DNA of 64,000 nucleotides from Escherichia coli (GTDB lineage Bacteria; Pseudomonadota; Gammaproteobacteria; Enterobacterales; Enterobacteriaceae): NCBI RefSeq assembly GCF_965641715.1, contig NZ_OZ282453.1; one strand, 5' to 3'. Shown piece by piece: positions 53,034 to 64,000 of this stretch (position 1 is its first letter; each line of letters starts with the position of its first letter). The notes under the pieces were generated by a model. It saw only the letters and a program-made list of their open reading frames with translations, ran no database searches and was not told where the DNA came from. The position numbers and the translations under genes were made by a program.

Positions 53034-54029
53034 TTATCGCTGCGCAATATTGACTCTTGTCACTGGCGAACTCTGACGATTCTCCCACAGCACCGTTAAT
53101 CCACGCTGTAAGGCAATAAAAATAAACAACAAAATACCGATGGCGATTTTCGTCCACCATGAGCTCAGCGTGCCATCAAAGTTTATGTAAGTCTGAATCA
53201 GTCCCTGAATCGCCACGCCAAAAAGCGTCCCTAATACCGTTCCAACGCCACCGCTCAAAAGCGTACCGCCAATCACCACTGAGGCGATAGCGTCCAGTTC
53301 CACACCTACGCCCGCCAGCGCATATCCGGCCTGGGTATAAATCGAGAAGACAATCCCCGCCAGCGTTGCCAGTCCGGTGGAGAGCATATAAATGCGAATA
53401 GTTGTGCTGCGAGTGGAAATCCCCATCAGGTTTGCCGACGTCGCATTGCCGCCAATGGCGTACACCTGATTACCAAAGCGGGTACGATGCGCGAGGAATA
53501 TGCCGATAACCACCACCGCCAGCATCAGCAGTCCCATCGCACTTAAGCGACCGCCGCCAGGGATTTTCCACGCAAGGCTTGAGAGCGTGTCATAAATGGG
53601 ATGGTTTATCGGGATCGACTCTTCCGAAACGAGATAGCTGACGCCGCGCAAAAAGAACATTCCTGCAAGGGTAATGATAAATGCCGGGATCTTCAGGGCG
53701 TCGATCAAAAGCCCCATAAATGCGCCAAAGGCACAGCCCATTACCAGCACCAGCGGAAATGCCAGCAACGGCGAGAGGCCGAAATCGCCAATCACTTTTG
53801 CCAGAAACACGCCGGTAAAGGCGATCACCGAACCAACGGAGAGATCGATCCCACCGGAGAGGATCACAAAGGTCATGCCAACGGCAATTATCCCCAGAAA
53901 GGCGTTATCGGTCAGGATATTGCAGATCACTCTTGTGGAAGCAAAACCGGGAAACTGGGTCAGGCAGTAAAGATAACCCAACACAAAGACGCCGATGGTG
54001 ATCATCAGTGGCAAATTACGTTTTATCAC
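53034..54029 (-). CDS. yjfF: ABC transporter permease (galactofuranose uptake system)
   Basis: 331 aa polytopic permease; start overlaps the end of ytfT. Confidence 0.85.
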   Translation of the reverse strand: MIKRNLPLMITIGVFVLGYLYCLTQFPGFASTRVICNILTDNAFLGIIAVGMTFVILSGGIDLSVGSVIAFTGVFLAKVIGDFGLSPLLAFPLVLVMGCAFGAFMGLLIDALKIPAFIITLAGMFFLRGVSYLVSEESIPINHPIYDTLSSLAWKIPGGGRLSAMGLLMLAVVVIGIFLAHRTRFGNQVYAIGGNATSANLMGISTRSTTIRIYMLSTGLATLAGIVFSIYTQAGYALAGVGVELDAIASVVIGGTLLSGGVGTVLGTLFGVAIQGLIQTYINFDGTLSSWWTKIAIGILLFIFIALQRGLTVLWENRQSSPVTRVNIAQR

Positions 54030-55041
54030 GGCTACGTACTCCTTTAATCAGACTGATAAAGCGTTGCGACTGAACAATCAGCACGCAAAGCACCACCACC
54101 GCTTTCACCACCTGGTTCATCTCTGGCGGAAAGCCCGAAAGCAAAATTCCGGTGTTCATCCCCTGAATAATCAGCGCCCCCACCACCGAAAGTAGCAGGT
54201 TAAAGCGCCCGCCCATCAGCGATCCGCCGCCAATCACCACCGCGAGAATGGCGTCCAGCTCCAGCCATAACCCGGCGTTGTTGGCATCGGCACCGCGAAT
54301 ATCCGCCGCCACGATAATGCCCGCAATCGCCGCACACAGCCCGCTCAACACATAAGTGAGCATGACGATGATTCGCGTGTTTACCCCGGCATTTTTTGCC
54401 GCCCGAATGTTGATACCAACGGCTTCGATAAACATCCCCAGCGCCGTTTTGCGGGTCAACAGCCAGAACAGGATAAGCGTCAGCACCGCGATAATGACCG
54501 GCGTTGGCAGGAACAACAGCGATCCACTGCCGAACCATGAGAGATCCGGCGAGTTAAACGTGACGATCTGCCCGGCGGTGATCAGTTGCGCCACGCCGCG
54601 CCCGGCGACCATCAGGATCAGAGTGGCGACAAACGGCTGAATTTTGAGGATCGCTACCAGTATGCCGTTCCACAATCCCGCCAGGATGCCGGTGCCCAGG
54701 GCGCTTAACAAAACAATCGGCAGGCTGAATCCCGCGACCGTCATCGCAGCCGTTGTGGCTCCGGCGATAGCCATCACCGCCCCTACGGAGAGATCAATCC
54801 CACCGGTGGCGATCACCAGCGTCATGCCAATCGCCAGTAACGCAACGGGAGCTGCACGGTTAAGAATGTCTATGGGGCTACCGAACAAACGCCCATCCTG
54901 AAGCACCACCTGCCAGAAATGCGGGGCTACCAGGCTATCGACCAGCAGCACCAGCAATAGTGCTACCAGCTGCGGCATCCCCGTCGGCCAGCGAAAGCGC
55001 CTTTTTGGCGTAGTGGTGTCCGGAAGAGATTGAGGCATCAC
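54016..55041 (-). CDS. ytfT: ABC transporter permease (galactofuranose uptake system)
   Basis: Polytopic permease; start ambiguous between GTG (55041) and ATG (55038), both behind an AAGGAG RBS; the track ORF starts at a TTG further upstream. Confidence 0.8.
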   Translation of the reverse strand: MMPQSLPDTTTPKRRFRWPTGMPQLVALLLVLLVDSLVAPHFWQVVLQDGRLFGSPIDILNRAAPVALLAIGMTLVIATGGIDLSVGAVMAIAGATTAAMTVAGFSLPIVLLSALGTGILAGLWNGILVAILKIQPFVATLILMVAGRGVAQLITAGQIVTFNSPDLSWFGSGSLLFLPTPVIIAVLTLILFWLLTRKTALGMFIEAVGINIRAAKNAGVNTRIIVMLTYVLSGLCAAIAGIIVAADIRGADANNAGLWLELDAILAVVIGGGSLMGGRFNLLLSVVGALIIQGMNTGILLSGFPPEMNQVVKAVVVLCVLIVQSQRFISLIKGVRSRDKT

Positions 55042-55051
55042 ACTGTTCTCC

Positions 55052-56554
55052 TTACGCCGCAATGGCGTTCATGATCGCCGGAACGGAAAGCTCTGCCAGC
55101 GGGATCTCCGCCACCTGTTTGCGATCGCGCATGATGATCACCCGGTCGGCATAGCCCACCAGTTCTTCCAGTTCGGAGGAGATCACCAGCAGCGCCAGAC
55201 CATCGGCGCATAGCGTTTCAATCAGGCGGATGATCTCGGCGTGGGCACCAACATCAATGCCGCGAGTTGGCTCATCAAGGATCAGAAATTGCGGTCGGGT
55301 CAGTAGCCAACGTGAAAGCAACACTTTTTGCTGATTGCCGCCAGAGAGAAATTCAATCGGTTGTTCAGTTGAAGGTGTGCGAATGCCAAGCTGGCGGATA
55401 AAGCGTTCGGCAATCTCTTGCTGTTCTTTGCGGGAAATGGGACGTAGCCAGCCGCGCTGGGCCTGGAGAGCGAGGATGATATTTTCCCGCACCGAGGCGG
55501 CAGCGATGATGCCATCGGTTTTCCTGTCTTCCGGGCAGAAGCCAATGCCCAGTACCGAAGCCTGATGTGGCGATCGCAGGTTTTGCGGTTTGCCTTTGAT
55601 CAACGCCGTGCCGCTGTCAGCAGGTTTGATACCGAAGATCACTTCGGCGGTTTCGGTACGTCCTGATCCCAGCAATCCAGCCAGACCGACGATCTCGCCG
55701 GGGCGTACTTCGAGATCAAACGGTGCGATCGTTCCTTTTTTGCCGTAATTTTTGAACGCGGCAACGGGTTTGTCGCTCAACAATGTTCGCCCGGCACGCT
55801 GTAGCGCGTGGGTATCCAGCTCGCGCCCCAGCATCATTTTTACCAGTTCGATCTGCGGTAGCTCGCACGTTTCCCGACAGCCTACGAAACTGCCGTTGCG
55901 TAAGACGGTGATCCGATCGCTGACCTGATAGACCTGATCGAGAAAGTGAGTGACAAAAATCAGGCTGACGCCGCGATCGCGCAACTGACGCATCAGGTCA
56001 AACAGTAACTCCACTTCCTGGGTGTCGAGACTGGCGGTGGGTTCATCGAGGATCAGCACTTTGGCAGAGAGATCGATAGCCCGGCAAATAGCGACGATTT
56101 GCTGCATCGCGACTGAAAAGCGGTTGAGCGGTTCGCGCACGTCGAGGGAGAAACCGTAAGATGCCATCAGTTCGGTGGCGCGCTTTTCCATCTCTTTGCG
56201 GCGTAGAAGGCCGAAGCGTTTGGGTTCGCGGCCTATAAATAGATTATCAGCGACCGACATATTGGGTAGCAGGTTTACTTCCTGATAGACGGTGCCAATG
56301 CCGAGTTGTTGCGCGTGGGCGGTATTTTTCGGTGAGATAGCCTGGCCTTCCAGCCAGATGGTGCCGCGATCGGCGTGGTATACACCAGTTAATGCTTTGA
56401 TTAGCGTTGATTTTCCCGCCCCGTTTTCACCGAGCAGCGCCATGATTTCGCCACGGCGCAGGCTGAAATCAACGTTGTCTAACGCTTTGACGCCGGGGAA
56501 AAATTTATTTAATCCTTCGGTGCGGAGGATCTCCTGGTGTTGGTCGGTCGTCAT
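55052..56554 (-). CDS. ytfR: ABC transporter ATP-binding protein with duplicated NBDs
   Basis: 500 aa; two Walker A motifs (GENGAGKST, GLLGSGRTE) and two LSGGQ-type signatures. Confidence 0.9.
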   Translation of the reverse strand: MTTDQHQEILRTEGLNKFFPGVKALDNVDFSLRRGEIMALLGENGAGKSTLIKALTGVYHADRGTIWLEGQAISPKNTAHAQQLGIGTVYQEVNLLPNMSVADNLFIGREPKRFGLLRRKEMEKRATELMASYGFSLDVREPLNRFSVAMQQIVAICRAIDLSAKVLILDEPTASLDTQEVELLFDLMRQLRDRGVSLIFVTHFLDQVYQVSDRITVLRNGSFVGCRETCELPQIELVKMMLGRELDTHALQRAGRTLLSDKPVAAFKNYGKKGTIAPFDLEVRPGEIVGLAGLLGSGRTETAEVIFGIKPADSGTALIKGKPQNLRSPHQASVLGIGFCPEDRKTDGIIAAASVRENIILALQAQRGWLRPISRKEQQEIAERFIRQLGIRTPSTEQPIEFLSGGNQQKVLLSRWLLTRPQFLILDEPTRGIDVGAHAEIIRLIETLCADGLALLVISSELEELVGYADRVIIMRDRKQVAEIPLAELSVPAIMNAIAA

Positions 56555-56589
56555 GGTTTCCCCCGGTGTAAAGCGTGCTCCCAGTAGGC

Positions 56590-56675
56590 ATGATAAGACG
56601 CGGTAAGCGTCGCATCAGGCTTCAGTGCACCATCGCCGGATGCGGCGCGAGCGCCTTATCCGGCCTACGAATCGG
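56590..56675. repeat. REP/BIME cluster
   Basis: GTAGGCATGATAAGACGCGGTAAGCGTCGCATCAGGC and GCCGGATGCGGCGCGAGCGCCTTATCCGGCCTAC. Confidence 0.85.
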
Positions 56676-56693
56676 CATCAGGCATAGCAACCC

Positions 56694-57650
56694 TCAATAC
56701 CCCATATTTTTCTTCTTCTCTAACTCTTCTTTTGCGGTATCAGGCAGGTAAAGGGTGGATTTGGTTAACGTCAGCTTTTCAGGCATGGTGCCGTCTTTTT
56801 TGTATTTCTCCAGCGCGTCAAAAGCGGGTCCCGCCATGTTCGGCGTCAGTTCAACACTGGCGTTCGCTTCGCCATCCATCATCGCTTTGTAGATGTCCGG
56901 TACACCGTCAATGGAACCCGTGAGGATATCTTTGCCCGGTTTCAGGCCCGCTTCTTTAATTGCCTGAATTGCACCAATCACCATGTCGTCGTTATGGGCG
57001 TAAACCATGCAGATGTTTTTGCCGTTGTTTTCCGCTTTGATAAAGCTCTCCATGACTTCTTTGCCTTTACTGCGGGTGAAGTCACCTGACTGCGAGCGGA
57101 TAATTTTGATATTTGGCGCATTCTTAATGGCTTCGGCAAAGCCTTTCTTACGGTCAATGGCGACGCTGGCCCCAACGGTGCCCTGCAGCTCCACCACGTT
57201 GCATGGTTTGCCATTCACTTCTTTTACCAGCCAGTCACCGATCAACTTACCTTCGAGGATGTTGTCGGCAGTAACGGTGGTCATATAGAGAGATTTGTCT
57301 TTCACATCGATGGAACGGTCGAGCAAGAAGACCGGGATTTCGGCATCTTTCGCCTCTTTTAATACCGGTTCCCAACCTGTCGCGACCACCGGAGCGATAA
57401 AGATCGCATCCACCCCTTGTGCAACGAAGGAACGTACCGCTTTAATCTGGTTTTCCTGCTTTTGCTGACCATCGGCAATTTTCAACGTAATTCCGCGTTT
57501 TTCGGCCTCACTTTTCGCCACATTGGTTTCTGCGGCGCGCCAGCCGGATTCCGATCCGACCTGCGAAAATCCTACGGTTAATGGAGCGGCCAACGCCATA
57601 GACGACATGGCTGCCGAGACTGCAGAGACTACAAGTAAGCGTTTCCACAT
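56694..57650 (-). CDS. ytfQ: Periplasmic sugar-binding protein (galactofuranose)
   Basis: 318 aa with signal peptide (MWKRLLVVSAVSAAMSSMALA). Confidence 0.9.
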   Translation of the reverse strand: MWKRLLVVSAVSAAMSSMALAAPLTVGFSQVGSESGWRAAETNVAKSEAEKRGITLKIADGQQKQENQIKAVRSFVAQGVDAIFIAPVVATGWEPVLKEAKDAEIPVFLLDRSIDVKDKSLYMTTVTADNILEGKLIGDWLVKEVNGKPCNVVELQGTVGASVAIDRKKGFAEAIKNAPNIKIIRSQSGDFTRSKGKEVMESFIKAENNGKNICMVYAHNDDMVIGAIQAIKEAGLKPGKDILTGSIDGVPDIYKAMMDGEANASVELTPNMAGPAFDALEKYKKDGTMPEKLTLTKSTLYLPDTAKEELEKKKNMGY

Positions 57651-57959
57651 AGGGTTGTCCTCGTCGGAGTAATTATTATTGGTGAAAAGATGTTCGCGAA
57701 AAAACTATAGACAATTCGTTATGTAACGGATTGCGTTACATCACACTTCAAAAAAGTAAATAAAACGTTAATCACAAGTTTGTAATCGCTTTCATCTCAC
57801 TATGAAAAATGCGGCTACGGTTATGGATTTTCCTGCTCTGTATACCGTCTTAAAACTGGTGAAAAAGGAAAATGAAGACGAAAACAAGCGAAGACATTCG
57901 GCGCGAGTTGGCTATAATACTCGGCACTTGTTTGCCACATATTTTTAAAGGAAACAGAC

Positions 57960-58490
57960 ATGAGCTTACTCAACGTCCCTGCGGGTAAAGATCTGCCGGA
58001 AGACATCTACGTTGTTATTGAGATCCCGGCTAACGCAGATCCGATCAAATACGAAATCGACAAAGAGAGCGGCGCACTGTTCGTTGACCGCTTCATGTCC
58101 ACCGCGATGTTCTATCCGTGCAACTACGGTTACATCAACCACACCCTGTCTCTGGACGGTGACCCGGTTGACGTACTGGTCCCGACTCCGTACCCGCTGC
58201 AGCCGGGTTCTGTGATCCGTTGCCGTCCGGTTGGCGTTCTGAAAATGACCGACGAAGCCGGTGAAGATGCGAAACTGATTGCTGTTCCGCACAGCAAGCT
58301 GAGCAAAGAATACGATCACATTAAAGACGTTAACGATCTGCCAGAGCTGCTGAAAGCGCAAATCGCTCACTTCTTCGAGCACTACAAAGACCTCGAAAAA
58401 GGCAAGTGGGTGAAAGTTGAAGGTTGGGAAAACGCAGAAGCCGCTAAAGCTGAAATCGTTGCCTCCTTCGAGCGCGCAAAGAATAAATAA
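57960..58490 (+). CDS. ppa: Inorganic pyrophosphatase
   Basis: 176 aa starting [24 protein letters not shown]. Confidence 0.95.
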   Translation: MSLLNVPAGKDLPEDIYVVIEIPANADPIKYEIDKESGALFVDRFMSTAMFYPCNYGYINHTLSLDGDPVDVLVPTPYPLQPGSVIRCRPVGVLKMTDEAGEDAKLIAVPHSKLSKEYDHIKDVNDLPELLKAQIAHFFEHYKDLEKGKWVKVEGWENAEAAKAEIVASFERAKNK

Positions 58491-58569
58491 GTTCTTCTAG
58501 CGCAATAACCCTGAACGCCGGGCTTCGGTTAGTAAGGGTTTTTTTATGCCCGCGATAAATAAACACACC

Positions 58570-58920
58570 TTATTCCACCACCGCCTGCAAGCGTAATAAC
58601 GCCTCTTCCACCACCTCATCCGCAGCCAGACCAATACGCTTTGCCAGCCGGGCGCGTAGATCCATCATCCGCACCTGATTCACCAGCACCACGCCGTGCA
58701 CATCGCCTTCTTCGCAATGTAAAGGAACGCTAAATCCGGCATAACGGGCAAAATTTCCGCCCTGCGTAATGGGGGCCACCAGCGTCATTCCCAGTTGATT
58801 AAAGGCTTGAACGGAGAGCACAAGCGCAGGTCGACCAGCACCTTGCTGTTCATGGCCGCTTGCTGGATCAAAGCCAACCAGCACAATGTCTCCCCGTTCA
58901 AATTCACTTTTCTTTACCAT
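58570..58920 (-). CDS. chpB: MazF-family endoribonuclease toxin ChpB
   Basis: 116 aa starting MVKKSEFERGDIVLVGFDP; overlaps the chpS stop. Confidence 0.9.
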   Translation of the reverse strand: MVKKSEFERGDIVLVGFDPASGHEQQGAGRPALVLSVQAFNQLGMTLVAPITQGGNFARYAGFSVPLHCEEGDVHGVVLVNQVRMMDLRARLAKRIGLAADEVVEEALLRLQAVVE

Positions 58921-59165
58921 ATTTCGTCACCCGCAGGGGTGGATTTACCCCAGACATCCTGCTCGCTAAGTTCCGCGGCGTTCATGTCACACTGTGCCAG
59001 CAGTTCATCAAGCGAGTAGCGCCTGGAGATGGGTGTCAGAATCAGTTGGTTGTTGCTCACCTGCGCTTCCACGCTCTGCCCCGGCTGTAAGTTAAGTTCT
59101 TTCATTACGATATTGGGAATGACCATACCTGCACTGTTCCCCCATCTTTTTATGGTAATACGCAT
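58914..59165 (-). CDS. chpS: Antitoxin ChpS (AbrB/MazE fold)
   Basis: 83 aa from MRITIKRWGNSAGMVIP; the track ORF starts 2 codons upstream. Confidence 0.88.
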   Translation of the reverse strand: MRITIKRWGNSAGMVIPNIVMKELNLQPGQSVEAQVSNNQLILTPISRRYSLDELLAQCDMNAAELSEQDVWGKSTPAGDEIW

Positions 59166-59178
59166 CTGCACCTCCTTA

Positions 59179-59197
59179 AGTTATACAAAGTATAACT
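59179..59197. promoter_or_regulatory. Palindromic operator-like site upstream of chpS (AGTTATAC-AAA-GTATAACT)
   Basis: Perfect 8-bp arms, 14 bp upstream of the chpS start codon. Confidence 0.55.
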
Positions 59198-59376
59198 CAC
59201 GGTGCTACAGGAAACGTTTTACCCCTGCGCATTTGTGAATGCCAGCAGAGTTTTTTATGCGTTAATAGATATGGAAAGCGGCTCGGAGAGAAAAGCAAAA
59301 GGTGAGGGAATTACAAAACAGAATGCGAGTCGTCTCGCATAAAACAACGCCACCCGAAGGTGGCGTGCTTTTATTA

Positions 59377-59718
59377 TTACTTATCCCTGTCTAACCAGTC
59401 GCCGCTTTCAATTAGCTTTAATCCATCGACGGGTCGTTGATAAACGTACATCCATGCACTCCCGTACGGCGTCTGAATCAACTGGCGCGCGTATTCACCG
59501 CCCCTGGTGCGCAAGGCATCAAGTTCGGCCAGCGTGGCGTTGTCAATACGATAAACTTCACCGTGTACTGTTCCGTTCCCCGGAACTGCGCCTGGATAGT
59601 GGCCCAGGCTATACAACTGGTAGTTATCGATACTGAAATCGCCCAGTAACTGGGCATTGGTCATCCAGTGACTGTTGCCTTGTTTGTGGCGTAAACTGCC
59701 GTAGACAAATATTCGCAT
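59377..59718 (-). CDS. ytfP: Gamma-glutamylcyclotransferase-family protein
   Basis: 113 aa starting MRIFVYGSLRHKQGNSHW (AIG2-like YGSL motif). Confidence 0.85.
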   Translation of the reverse strand: MRIFVYGSLRHKQGNSHWMTNAQLLGDFSIDNYQLYSLGHYPGAVPGNGTVHGEVYRIDNATLAELDALRTRGGEYARQLIQTPYGSAWMYVYQRPVDGLKLIESGDWLDRDK

Positions 59719-59720
59719 TG

Positions 59721-64000
<4,280 letters not shown>

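Overview
Enterobacterial (E. coli-like) chromosomal segment. Positions ~11.3-64 kb are conserved core genes, in reverse of the K-12 map orientation: leuX, ahr, idnK-idnDOTR, yjgR, lptGF, pepA, holC, valS, yjgN, yjgM, rraB, argI, yjgL, tabA, bdcR/bdcA, yjgH, pyrLBI, ridA, mgtA/mgtL, treRBC, nrdDG, cybC, pmbA, yjgA, mpl, fbp, yjfF-ytfTRQ, ppa, chpSB, ytfP, tamB, tamA (partial), with several REP/BIME clusters and recognisable operators and attenuators. Positions 1-11.3 kb are the integrase-proximal end of a genomic island inserted at tRNA-Leu (leuX). Its cargo is a P4-type integrase, a convergent HNH endonuclease (candidate Type IV restriction enzyme), an AT-rich P-loop NTPase followed by a HAD/5'-nucleotidase-like protein, and a Type I R-M system in the order hsdM(partial)-hsdS-[397-aa PD-(D/E)XK-like ORF]-hsdR. 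The best candidates for an undescribed system are the NTPase + nucleotidase cassette (5862-8672) and the ORF embedded between hsdS and hsdR (1454-2647). All gene calls rest on the supplied ORF track plus recognition of protein sequences and motifs from memory; no database search was run. No CRISPR array or rRNA was seen.
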